Shown: in pieces, positions 11,963 to 24,662 of the stretch
How positions within the stretch are numbered: position 1 is the stretch's first letter
Layout: each line of letters begins with the position of its first letter
Assembly (NCBI GenBank): GCA_000182565.2
Contig: KQ257456.1
Strand: one strand, 5' to 3'
Source of the DNA: Spizellomyces punctatus DAOM BR117
Lineage: Eukaryota
Length of the DNA: 64,000 bases
The notes under the pieces: model-generated
Database searches by the model: none
What the model saw: only the letters and a program-made list of their open reading frames with translations
What the model was told of the DNA's origin: nothing
Position numbers and translations under genes: made by a program

Positions 11963-13537
11963 CTATCCCAACTCTGTTGGCGGCGGTGCGAGATACCCTT
12001 CGGTTGTCTGAGTGAGGTATTGCACATCATTGAACCGCAGGACTTCGTTTCCCCATGACGTCCATCCTGGAAGTAGATTTCTTGCAAAGATCTCGAGTTT
12101 TTGTGCGTCTCTTGGCAAGAACGGGGCGATAGCATCTGTAGAGTTGTTAATGTGAGCCATGTCCATGAGCATTGGAAAGAGCCGCGATGTATGCTATTTT
12201 TACCATCTAAGAGCGGTTTTCGAGAATGATGTTTACTGGGTACGCTGCATATGGCTCTCCTTGTTGGTAAGGAGGCTACGGGGTCTGGGTGACTATTGCT
12301 AGCGTGCTGCGCTCTTCCTATAATTAACACTTCGTATGGCTTTCTGTGAAGGCTATACTCGTTGGAAGCTCTTAGCTACTTTTTGACTAGAGCAAAGAAC
12401 AACCATTTATGTGGTACCTGTCCAGGTCTACAACCCACTCTCCCTTCAAGGTAACTTTAAGCCAATACCATTCTGCGACGTAAGCTAAGCCGCATGCACT
12501 GAAGAGCTTGTCGCGAACAAAGCGCTGGTATTTCGGTTTGTTTGTTACCCACACAGCCAGACAACCTCCGGGTTTGATCAGATGTTTCAAGGGCAGTCGG
12601 AACAAGTCATAGATATCAATTTCTTGGTATTTCCCAGCCCTATAGCCAATCAGTAAGCGGTTTTTAGGGTCCACCGACGGAGAAGATACCTTCGAACACT
12701 TTTATTTGGCCAGGGTGGATCCATCAGTATGAAATCGAAAGGATTTACTATTCTCGCCTATTATTAGTGACTTGCCCTACCCGACAGGCTGCAGATGGGT
12801 GTGCGCTTGAACCTTACGTGATCTGAGCAATTGGGCTTGAGACAAGTCCGACATAAGGAAGACGGAGTGAGGTGGTACAATGAAGGAATGCCCCAATACT
12901 GGCAGGGTTTTGCACTCATCCGAATCATTGGAGATGAATTGATGGTATAAGCTGCTGATATCCAATTCTCTAGAAACATCTGAGCAAGACATTCAGATGA
13001 CGAGTGTACGAAACCCTTTCCGCTCATCAATGTCACAATATGCCTACCATCCACTGGCACAATACCACACGCTTGATCCGTCTCCTCCGATTCTAGAGCG
13101 TGTTTGGAGGAATCCGCAATATCCGCTAATTCTCTAAACTTGATAAAATCCAAGTCATCTATAGAAGCCCCGCTACTGGTATCGGCGACCGCAGCGGTCG
13201 TCGGCAATGGAAACGTTCCCGAATGAAGGACCAGACTTGCATGCGCTTCCGAAAGCCAGTGGCAAATAGAGCTGTGCAGCTCATTTATTCCATTTTGCTT
13301 ATTTACATGGTCCGATTTGACTTGCTTGGAGCGTTTGCGTTTGCGAACATTTGGTGCGTCGACTCCCGCATCTCCCTGCTCCACCGGTAACGCCTTTGAT
13401 ACATGTTGCTTTGTTCGTGCAGTATATGGGGCTAGAACGTCGAAGGCGGATGCTGGCCAATGCCAGGCGTCGCCGAGAGTGTAAAGGTGAGGCCGCAAAA
13501 CCCAACCAAAGTCAGACTGGTAAACGATCTGCGACAT
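11963..13537 (-). CDS. METTL4: MT-A70 family N6-adenine methyltransferase, METTL4-like
   Basis: FDFILMDPPWPNKSVRR (~12690-12745), AVWVTNK, EWYWLKVT..GE, HRKPYE, SVPS.HHSRKP, LEIFARNLLPGWTSWGNEVLRF. Confidence 0.9.
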
Positions 13538-13690
13538 TGCCAGCAACAGGAAACGTCTATTGGGAGCTCAGATCAGCATCGGTTAATCACGTGCGCTGAA
13601 TTCCATCCTATCGAACCGTCGATCCCCTCCTGCTTACCACTCTCCGATCAGCTTCCCAAAGCAGTTTGCACGAGCTGCATAGGATCGGGC

Positions 13691-15201
13691 ATGGCTCCTC
13701 TTCTCACCGTCGACACAGTCTTGGGACCGATATACAAAGTCGCTTTCGTTAACCCGTACACAGCCCCAGTTTTCTGGGTAGTTCTATCCATCATCCTGGT
13801 CCCATACGCGCAGATCATACTATGGTCGACATGCATCATCTTTGGAGCAATTCCTGCTATTCTTCACATATACCGAAACCGAAACGCGAGGCCCATAAAT
13901 GATTGGAGTAACGAGATCGTTCTTATAACCGGCGGTAAGTTGAATTTTCCATGTCGTATTACTCCTATGCGGAGAATACTGAAAATTGGAACCTAACGGT
14001 AGGCTCGCATGGCCTCGGGAAACAGCTTGCTGAAACCCTGGCGTACAAGCATGCGCCCAAGAAAATCGTTGTGTTGGATGTTCGACCCACCATTTTCAAT
14101 GATGGTTTGTCAAATAAATGTCTACACGTACTCCAATTTGCTGGATTAAGTATTTCCTTGCGATCGACATGTCAGGTTCGATTTCTTACTACGAGTGCGA
14201 TGTCGGAGATCAGCAGATGGTTCAGAAAGTAGCAGAGCGCATAATCCGAGAGGAAGGACATCCGACGATTATCATTAACAATGCCGGAATTGTCAACCAT
14301 GCTCTGTCGGTCGTCGATACACCAGATCCTGAAATTGAAAGGTGAAGTCTATGACGACTTACCAAGGTCTCGCGACGTTTGCATGTCCATCGCTAACCAA
14401 ACTAACCAATGGTTGACATAGAGTGATCAAAGTCAATCTCCTCGCTCAGTTTTGGATAGCCAAAGCTTTTCTGCCAAATATGCGGAAAACTGACCATGGC
14501 CATATCGTAAACATTCGCTTCTAGCTATCTGTGCTGCTCATTAGCATACCCGCTAAGTACATGCACTTGCACTTAGGTGACGGTATCGTCTGTACTTGGT
14601 TCATCAGCAGCGGCATTCGCAAGTATGTGTCGATCATGGAGATCTGATTGGGATGCACCGATTTGCTAAAGGTTATCCCCATCCAGCCGCTTATTGTGCA
14701 TCCAAGTCGGGCGTCACTGGATTTCACGAAGGCTTGCGGCAAGAACTTCTCGGAACGTGAGTTGCGCCGTCTTGTACCTTCCTGTGTTTTAAAGGTGGAA
14801 AAAGTTGATGTTGTCACATAACCACCAGAAATATACGCATGACATGCGTATATCCGGGTCTAATTGACACTGGCATGTTCACCGGTATGGTACATCAACG
14901 CCCGTGGTTAACGCCACATCTCAAAACTTCCGAGGTCTGCAATGCGATTGTGACGGCATTGGAAACCGGCCGTAATCGCGACGTCTTCCTTCCCTTCTAC
15001 ACATATGTTGCTCCCTTATTACGCTTCTTACCCATTGAAATTGGGGATGCGGTACGAGAGGTAAGGAACCTTAAATTTGGCTGGAACAATGCACGACCCA
15101 TGATCATCAAACTTCATATAATTTACAAAACATGACAGATGTCTGGCGCAAACCAGGAAATGCTAGCATACAAATACAGCGCAAGTGCTATGTCTACATA
15201 A
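13691..15201 (+). CDS. Short-chain dehydrogenase/reductase (retinol dehydrogenase/Tda5-like, N-terminal membrane anchor)
   Basis: VLITGGSHGLG, YYECDV, IIINNAGIV, YCASKSG (YxxxK), VYPGLIDTGMF. Confidence 0.88.
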
Positions 15202-15261
15202 AACAATATATCCTACACACCCAATCCATAAAATAATGATACTCTACACGACCGCTTGTCT

Positions 15262-17954
15262 TCATTTCTTCTGCTCCATGAGCTTCTTCTTGTAGTCTTC
15301 CATGAGCTGCTGCTGCACGAACGGCATGACAGGGGCATGGGTCTTGTACTCCATGGAGAACTCTCCTTTGCCTTGAGTGCAGGAACGCAAGTCGGTCGAA
15401 AAGCCAAACATCTCGTTCAAGGGTACATCGGCTTTGACCTCGACGTAATCCTCCTGGACCTCAGAATCGCCAATAGTTCCCTTTCGCTTGTTCAGGAGGC
15501 CGATGCAGGTACCCTGTTGAATAAACATTTTAGGCGTTTGGCACGCCGTCTACAGGAAGACGTCAGGTACTGACCTGGTATTCAACAGGAGCCGTCAAGC
15601 TGACATCCATGATCGGCTCAAGAATCGCCGGACCGGCCTTCATGAAAGCTGTGTGGCAGAGCGTGTGATTAGAGAAAACTCGTATAACAGAAACATTATG
15701 AGCTGAGAAACCCACCTTCACGGAAGGCGTAAATGGAAGCCAATTTGAACGCCAGTTCGCTCGAATCGACGGCGTGTGCCAACCCATCTTCAAGGACAAA
15801 TCGAACGCCAGTGACCGGATGCCCAATCAAAGAGCCCTTCTCACAAGCTTCGAGGAATCCCTTCATTGGAATGATTGTTAGATGCATGTAGAGCGCTGAC
15901 GACTTTGGGCGATTACCTTTTCAATAGCGGGAATGTATTGGCTGGGAATGTTCATACCGACCGTGTTATCAACGAATTCTACCAGATTTCCATCCTCCGC
16001 TGGCTCTTCCATGGGTTCAATATAGCCCACAACACGTCCAAACTGTCCTGAACCACCAGATTGTTTCTTGTGCGTGTAGTTGAACGCAACTTTTTGGTTG
16101 ATAGTTTCACGGAAAGCCACTTGGGGCTTTCCAGTAGCGCAATCAACATTGTACTCGCGCTTCATGCGTTCGACGTAAATCTCCAAGTGAAGCTCGCCCA
16201 TTCCAGAGATAATTGTTTGCTTGCTTTCGGCGTCGACGTGGACGCGGAAAGTTGGGTCTTCACGCTGGAAACGATTCAGAGCTTTCGCAAAATTGGGAGA
16301 TTCTTTCCCTTTTGGTTCCAATGACAGAGATATTACAGGCTGAGGAACATAGATGGACGTCATGGCGTACGCAACGGAACCATCGGTGAAAGTATCACCA
16401 GAAGCACAGTCAATGCCAAACAAAGCGCAAATTTCACCGGATCCAACGCTGGCGACGTCTTCCATTTCGTTGGAGTGCATACGAACAAGCCTTGACACCT
16501 TGACCCTCTTACCGGTCCTGGAGTTTACAATCCAGTCACCCTTCTTAAGAGTTCCTTGATAAATGCGGAGGTACGTCAACTGTCCGAATCGTCCTTCCTC
16601 AAGTTTGAACGCTAAGCCAACCAAGTTAGCGCTCGATGCCGAGCTCAACAGTACTTTGCTTTCGTCGTTCTTCGCGTCTAGGGCATAATTCTCCACTTCA
16701 TGGGGCCGGGGTAAGTACGTCAGTACACCGTCCAACATAGGTTGTACGCCTTTGTTGTGGTATGCTGACCCCATGAAGACTGGACAGAACTTCTGTGCGA
16801 TTGTACTGCGCCGGACTGCATCTTCGAGCTGCTGGTTGGTAGGCTCTTCCTCGTTCAAGAAAATCTCGGCAATCTCGTCGTCCGCGTCAGCAAGATGTTC
16901 AATCAACTCGGCCCGCTTCTCAGCTACAAAGTCCTGCATCTCGCTAGGGATATCATCAATTCTAATGGTTTCCCCCTTGTCGCCCTCGTTATAGTAAGCT
17001 TTCATATTAACCAGATCCACGACCCCCTTCAGATTACTTTCGGCACCTATAGGAACTTGTACCGCCGCAGCAGTCAAGCGTAACTTATTCCGAAGTTGGT
17101 CAATTACTCGCCATGGGTTTGCGCCAGCTCGATCCATCTTATTTATGAAACAAATACGAGGAATGTTGTAGCGCTTCATTTGACGATCTACCGTCATAGT
17201 TTGTGACTGAGCGAACAACATCGAAATTAGAGATTCGCCATTTGGACATATTGACACTATCACAGGAAAACAATACCTGAACGCCTCCGACGGCACAAAG
17301 CACCAGAATTGCACTATCGAGAACACGGAGCGCACGCTCTACTTCAATCGTGAAATCAACGTGACCTGATGGCATAGTAAAATGAGCGCGATGTTTACAA
17401 TTAAGATGCGTAGGGAAACTGCATACCAGGGGTATCAATAATATTAATAGCACAGTCTTTCCACTTCGTATACGTGGCGGCAGACTGAATAGTGATTCCC
17501 TTTTCTCGCTCCAGTTCCATAGAGTCCATTTTGGCACCAACATTATCTTTCCCTCGGACCTCGTGGATCTCTTCGATTCGCCCAGTATAGAACAAGATGC
17601 GCTCGGTCAGCGTCGTCTTTCCGGAATCAATATGCGCCGAGATTCCGATATTCCGAAGTTGATTCAGCCGAGCCTGGGACGGTAACACTTTTAGTCATGA
17701 CTGTCAGCAGGGGCGAGAGCAGTTACCGAACTTACCAGATCCGCCACGTCGTAGTTGACGGCAGGCGACTCCTCAACGACCGGTTGCTCTGCTGTAGCTG
17801 AAGAGAACCATCGGCTATCCACCCCAAATACACCAACCCGAACTTGGTGCGGTGTCACTATGGGGGCAATGGACTTGAACACCAATGCTTTCCCGGGTGT
17901 GACGCACGGTGCCCGACGGACAGCACCCCTCAAGAAGTTACCGAGCAGCGCCAT
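15262..17954 (-). CDS. MEF1: Mitochondrial elongation factor G1
   Basis: Presequence-like N-terminus; [79 protein letters not shown]. Confidence 0.95.
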
Positions 17955-18263
17955 ACTGCTATGGTTGGGCACTCTTCCTAGCAAGGGATCGCTACCAGAG
18001 AAGCCCGCCCCTGATGTGAAGGTGGCAAGATCTGTTCAGAAAGGACGTCGGAATGAAATCGGGCGAGAGTGTGTTATTGCCATGGCAATCCAAGCCACGC
18101 TTACGCTAGCAACCAGGCCAATTGAATTATCAAGGATATCAACAATAGTGTTTTACAGACAATTCTACAAAAGACATTTGCATGCTTTTCACGCATTTCC
18201 AGGGTTGTGCTGCAGAGATGGAATGGATATTAGGCCGCAGGATTTATCTGCTTGTCTATGCCT

Positions 18264-21173
18264 TCATGGCCTTACCTTGAAAAGGAACTCTGCGAGGTAG
18301 TCAATGGGATCCTGTAAATGAAAGCATATCAGATCCTCGTTCTGTGTGCTGATGAGCTCTATATGGATGGATCTCACCTCAGGTCGCACTTTGCACACTT
18401 CAATTAGCCCTGATGTTAATGTCGGCATAACATATTTCATGAGGTAGTTGCGGAGTGGTACAGACTGGGCCTCGAGAACTTCTTGTTCTTGCTTGCGAAC
18501 TTCCTCGAGCTTTAAATTCTGCCAAGCACCGTTAGAATAGTACCCCATATCAAACTAACCGCTGCGCCAACAACTTACCCATTCGGCTACAGCTTTGCTC
18601 TGTCTTTCAGCCTCCTCCTTTTCCCTCTTTAGTCGTTCCTCTTCCGCAGCTGCTATTTCTCTGGCCTTGAGATGAAGAACATGATTAAGTGTAAACAGGA
18701 ATCATATACTGTAACAGCAGATACTGCTCCTATCCGCACCTTTGCTTCCTCAGCCAATCGCTTCTTCTCCGCAATTTGCTCCGGCGAAGGGCCATAGTTG
18801 TGCGGTCGCCCTATGGTTTTCGTGACAATACTCATCACGGCATCCGCATCATTCGCCTCCACCGAAATAATTATGGGATGAATTTCTAGCTCATCAAAGA
18901 AATTTAGCACAGTATTCTCGTCAGTGTTGCTCGCACGGAATTCTTCTAGTCTGCGTGTCAATGCTGTACAGGACAATATGAGAGATCAAGCGGAATAACC
19001 CGGGTAAGATGTCATCCATTACCGTCTTCAGAATTTTTTGTCCCTGCAACTGCCGACTCTGGTAGGTTCATGATGCGGTCCTTGATAACATCATCGGAAG
19101 CGTCCAAGGAGATAACCTTGTCTGGTCCGATGAGCTCATCTATCTTTGGAATTTTGCTTTCCTCCTTCGCATCGTCATCGTCGGCAGCTATAAGCTCAAC
19201 GATTAGGAAAGTTGTCTTTAGATAACACCGTGAGCTGCATACCCTTGAATAGTTCCCTTGCTTCATCCAATGAAGTCGGGTACCCATCCAATATGTACCC
19301 TTGATTCCGACATGGCATAGAACGCAGTTTCTCTCGTACAAAATTTACGACGTGCTCTTCCGGGTACCGCCCATTATTTGCTCGGGCAGCTTCTTTCAGC
19401 TCTTCGAAGAGCTCTTTATCAGCATCAATATCGTCATCAGCTTCGTCGGGAGTAAGACGTCCGGAAGCTCGTCGTTCCTGTAAAGGCGAAATACTAGGGC
19501 GTGAATAAAGGATCTAACATTACACCATCCTGCGTTCTTGGACTCACTAATCGTGCGATTGCCTCCTCAACCACTTTCTCGACATTAATGATGTGGATCT
19601 CGTAATGTTGCGCTATTTTGTTGGCGTAGAAAGTCTTTCCTGATGCTGGCGGACCATGAACGACGATCCGCAGAGGAGTAAGTCCCCGCGCATATTTGTA
19701 TTCTTGGATGAACTGCGTGAGGTTTTCGACCAGTCCGCTCTGAGAGTTCTCAATGTGAGAAAAGATGCGGAAGGCGAGGGAACTACAGACATAGATTGTA
19801 CCTCGTATTTCCATTCGAAAGACATCTCCTTAATATGCCCAGGATCTAGCCGTAAATTGACCAGCAGCATATCGTAATCGCTTTGCGGCAAATCCTTATT
19901 TAATAGCGCCGCCTCTTTTGGAAGCTTTTTGACTTTGCCGGTGCCGAGGGTATCACTAACCGCCTAGTACAAATCTGCATGAGTGAAAATGGCATCTTCA
20001 AACTGTCTCATGCTTTATGTGACCTTTGTGATCTCGTAGAGAGTATTTTTTGAGTCGTCAATAGCTAGCATATACTTGGATGCGGGAGTAGTTTCCACTG
20101 TCTCGACGATAATATTTGACAGGTCGTCGAGTGATATAGTTGGTATGACATTATCACCATCTCCATAGCACACTAGATCCTGATTGTGCCAGGCAGACTG
20201 CAAATCGGCAATCTGTTAAGATTTGTCGTCATTAAAGTATGCGGAATCGGAAGGCCTCACCTTGAACAGGAAATGGAAGATGCTGTCACCAGGGTGGTAT
20301 ACTAGGCCGGCGGCGATTACGTATGTTTTCAGGGCGCTCTTTTTCCCATGTTTTACAATATTCTTCTCCACCAGAATGTGGGACTTGAAGTTTGGGTGAG
20401 GTTTCCGTCGTCGGTAATCGTCTTCAGCGAGGAAAGCGTCAGGGTCCTCCTGGAAACAATTCATGTGTTCATCACGACCACAGAGGCCTGAAGGCAGTAG
20501 GCAAGAGCTGATCTTACTGCGTCTACTTTCGTCCGTGCCCAGGTCATAACGCTAGTTACTCCTATGAAAACCTTGGGCTTCTCCGCAAAATTGTCTGCCT
20601 CTTCCGCCAGCACTGCATCCTGCACATGAGCACAACAGAAAACCAATTTGCGTTCATCATTCTGACATACTTTCAATTGCCCAAGAAGCTTCATCCAAGC
20701 ATGAGATGATGTCGTAAATGATCACGTCACAGGACAGAAGAGTTTCTTTCAGCAGAGTTCTGTCTCCACGCTGGCATACTCATGTTAATAAGAGACAAGA
20801 CTAGCATATCGCCAGGACTGTATACCGGAACAGTTTCTGTAACCCATTTTGGTTTCTGTCCAGCAATCGCAAACTTTTCTATTGCCTCTTTTTGCACGGC
20901 ATCTCGCTTCTTATCACCGGTTTCCACGATCGGGACCAGTTGATGGGCTAACGAATCATCGGTTTCCTCCGGTGCCGTTCCATTTCGCCTAGTCATTGTT
21001 CCCACTACTGTGTAGATCTCCTTTGGTTTCTCCTCCTTTGGCCTGTCTTCATTTTCGTCGGTTTCCTCTTCTTCGGGTTCCTCTTCCCGGCGCGAACCGA
21101 CAACGGTCGTAGCAAGGAGCCGAGAGACGTTGTGTCCCAAAGGACCATCAACATTGGACACAAAGACCTTCAT
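18264..21173 (-). CDS. AK7: Adenylate kinase 7 (flagellar; NAD-binding-like N-terminus, AK domain, C-terminal Dpy-30 motif)
   Basis: [28 protein letters not shown]-loop, [57 protein letters not shown]. Confidence 0.92.
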
Positions 21174-21632
21174 TCTGAGATGCTTGGATGATAAGACGAC
21201 CGTCTTGTCGTTTGCAATTTCGACGATCTGCTCCCACGGCTCAAACTCCGTTCACACCGCGCTTATGCCATCAAGTGCACGTGATCCGTATGGTGTTCTG
21301 GCACACTGGTCCAAATAAAAACAGATAGTCCAATGTTGAGAGCCCTATGTAAAGGTAACCATTTACCTATGCTCTATTTAGTAAGTAATTGTGCCTATCA
21401 GACCTAGATTATATACTACAGACACATAAAGAAGTAGGAGATTGCATGACTGCCCAGGCGAAGGAGAGACGAGCGCAGCGGCAGGTATCACTCAGCCAAT
21501 GGAGTGAGCAGCAACCGTGAATGCGAAACTGGCTTCGCGCATGATATCTGGAGTGTGTGCGCACAGATTGAACTCTTTTGTGATTTGGGCTGCGAACAAG
21601 GTAGGGAAGATACGGGAGCTGGAAATCTTTTC

Positions 21633-22862
21633 CTACGCTTCCTCCGGCGCGGACAAGAGTGGGCCAACTTCGTCCCTTTCATTCGGTCCACCATAACCAC
21701 GGACGCGATTGCGGTACAAAACGTAATGCTGTACGATAAACAGTCCATCCTGATGATGACAAAATTTTAAGATCAGCACCGGTGAGAATGAACCGTCATA
21801 CTAATCAACTCACAAAGCTCATTGAGGTGAGGCCCAGTCCAAATTTGACTGGATTTTTGGTAATATCCGACCAGTCGCCACTAACGGAGGCATCAATCAG
21901 ACTCTGCATCATTGACAACACGCCTCCAGTAAGATCAAGGAGGATGTTCTATCACCAGGGAAGATGAACAATGACATTTAACAGGGGTGACCTTCGGGAT
22001 ACAATGGCTTATACTACTCACATCAATGCTCCACCCAACCGTAGATTGGCGCTTGAAGTTCAAATAGGCCTAATGTTGATGGAGTTTCAGTCTTTCACAC
22101 CTCAAAAGTTTTCTACGCATAATCACCTACCTGTGGTACATATTTTATAAGGGTGATGGCCATTTTGATGTATGACAAGTAATACAGAGAGTATGAAGCG
22201 GGAATGATTCCTTTGAAGGCTAAGAGACCTGCCACGCATGCGGTAGACGCTGTGATCACGATGAATGATGCGGAGGGCATTGATACTTTCTGCCCTTCAG
22301 AGCGGTGATAAATAAAGCTCTGCAAAGCAGTAAGGGCTGAATAAGGCAGGTAGAGTTAGGAAATCCAATCAATGTTTTGATAAAGCATGATCCTCTGTAC
22401 CTGTAAGAATGCAGGCATGTATGGCAAAGACCACGTCATTCAATTGCACGCTGTTGTCAAGTCCCCATTTATCTCGATTCACATAGAGGCCAACGTTGTA
22501 TATCTATAAGATGCAGTTTAGGGAGCGGCCGGTCAGTGTGTGAAGGTGAGCGACGTACCGAGTAGCTAGCGAAGGACGTTGGGACTCGGTTAATAATAAG
22601 CAACCAGCAGTCAGAACAAGACCTACTGCATACCATAGAAATCCCCACAGGTTCAAAGCAAGAAAGTCAAGAGACAACCCTTCCACGCTGCGGCGTCGCC
22701 AATTGAGCACAAGCTGCAAACAGCCCCTTGTCAGTGCTTGACCTCCTAGAAGACGGCAATAGAGAAACACACCTGAGGATAAAAGCTCAAGCTCCATGCT
22801 GCAAAGTAGCCCCAACCAATGAGCTGCGAAAGGAGTGGCCAAACGGCCTCGTTTGACGGCAT
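21633..22862 (-). CDS. Cystinosin / PQ-loop vacuolar cystine transporter (Ers1-like)
   Basis: IGWGYFAAWSLSFYPQ, NWRRRSVEGLSLDF, VQLNDVVFAIHA, LSYIKMAITLIKYVPQ, QSTVGWSI, LFIVQHYVLY. Confidence 0.9.
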
Positions 22863-23059
22863 TTCCAACAGCGTTATGAAATTCTTCAGGCCATGGCGGC
22901 TGGTCTTGAAAACACTATTTGCCCTTAGTAATGCGCGATCGCGCCCAAATCAATTTTCATTTGGGCCTTTGACGGATAAGACAGCAGATGCGCGGGATTC
23001 TTTTTCAAAGAAATGTGGAGAAAAGCAGAGGGTTTACCGGAGTCACTGCGGAAATCACA

Positions 23060-24127
23060 ATGAGCGAGGTCGAGGTGGACTTCATCCCAGATACCACCGC
23101 TACGTTAGCGGAGAATGAGGCGAAGGGAGTTGGGGACGTTGATGTCGGCACCATAATCGACACAGTGCCGAGCAACAACCCAACCCACTCTGAAAACCCG
23201 TTCGTTTCAATAAATGGTCTGTCGTTGGCGGTTCTCCTTATAGCTATTTTTGCCGCTGTTGGGCTTGCTATGGTCGTGCGAGTCTGGTGGGTTCGTCGCA
23301 AGAGAAGACGGAAGGAGGCTGGCGAGACCGTGCCAGTTCAAGCGAACGAGGCACACGCTCCCATGGAGCGCACAAGACGGACAAGTCCAAGCTGCGCGCA
23401 GGCTGGACTTTCGGGTGGTGCTCCAATCGCGGAATCTACAGGCCTTTCCGAACCTGTCCAACCCGCAAGCGTCTCAGTTGACTCTGAAGGACAGCAGGAA
23501 GCTCGTTCTTCTGCCTCCTCTTTCTGGAGTCAGCTACGCGCGGATGTTCTCCTTCCCGGTTTGCCAGATCCTGAGGACTCTTTTGTTCAAGTTGTTATTG
23601 ATACGCCTGTGTGCGGCGCGGAAGTTATTCACAGTACCGGTATAATATGGGATACGACTCCACCGACGGGCACTACAGATTCCTCCTCCATTGGAAAGCG
23701 GACTTTGGGAGCCTATGACGATGCTTTTGAAAGATGGGCGCTGGATTCAACCGGGATGAGAAGCGGCTCGAGGTCTACAACCTCGACATCACACTCCAGA
23801 CTGGGAACAGAAGGCTCGGAAGCGCGAATTGAAGCCCCCGGGCGCAAACATATCCGCATGGATGAGCGATCCGTTAACCTAAGTGGAAATGTAGATGCGA
23901 CACCACCTTCTCGAAAGCTGATGCGCAGGAGTTTCTCATACACGGGCAACTCGATGGGACCGTCGGCGATGGGGTTCGTGGGTCATGAACGGATATCAGA
24001 AGAACATCCTTATGTGCAACCGCAAACACCAATGGAGGAAGTTGCGGGGAACAACTATGAAGCGAGCAATGTGATGCAGAGTCTCGAGCAAGCAACGCAC
24101 GTCACGCGATGGCCTGCCGGAGACTAA
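23060..24127 (+). CDS. Hypothetical single-pass membrane protein with Ser/Thr-rich disordered cytoplasmic tail (alternative start 22988)
   Basis: Uninterrupted ORF of 355-379 aa; hydrophobic stretch LSLAVLLIAIFAAVGLAMVV followed by basic RRKRRRK; no recognised domain. Confidence 0.65.
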   Translation: MSEVEVDFIPDTTATLAENEAKGVGDVDVGTIIDTVPSNNPTHSENPFVSINGLSLAVLLIAIFAAVGLAMVVRVWWVRRKRRRKEAGETVPVQANEAHAPMERTRRTSPSCAQAGLSGGAPIAESTGLSEPVQPASVSVDSEGQQEARSSASSFWSQLRADVLLPGLPDPEDSFVQVVIDTPVCGAEVIHSTGIIWDTTPPTGTTDSSSIGKRTLGAYDDAFERWALDSTGMRSGSRSTTSTSHSRLGTEGSEARIEAPGRKHIRMDERSVNLSGNVDATPPSRKLMRRSFSYTGNSMGPSAMGFVGHERISEEHPYVQPQTPMEEVAGNNYEASNVMQSLEQATHVTRWPAGD

Positions 24128-24662
24128 TGGGCTATTCCTTTACAATAATCAACATCACACAATTTTGCTAATACCCAATGCAACCTACACCGGGTTGATG
24201 TAAATATAATGGCAGAGAATGATAATCATTTGCATGTTGTCTGCTGAAAACGTTGTGGTAGCATAACTGAAGTGGGCCGCTTTATGAAATAACACCATCC
24301 TCTGCATGCCGATATCAAAATACTGATTCTTTTGACTACAGACTTCTACCAGCTGTTGTTTTTTCTCTCGTGCTGAGGAGCACGCATATCCTGCTCGATG
24401 CGGTCAGAGCACTCGGTGACGACCCATTTATCAGAATCAGCATAAATAAATGCCAATCATTTCACGGCATATTGGACCCGTCTTTTTGTTTATCTTTGTG
24501 AGGTTGATGTCACAATAAATCTAGGTAATTCAATTCCTACAATACGTGGCCCGGCTATACACATTAATTGCTTGCACAGCCACAGGCCTGGTTTGGGATG
24601 AATCAGCCGCCCGTGCGAAGTTTGACATTTGGGCAAGATCGTTCACGCATTTGGCCAAGAAA

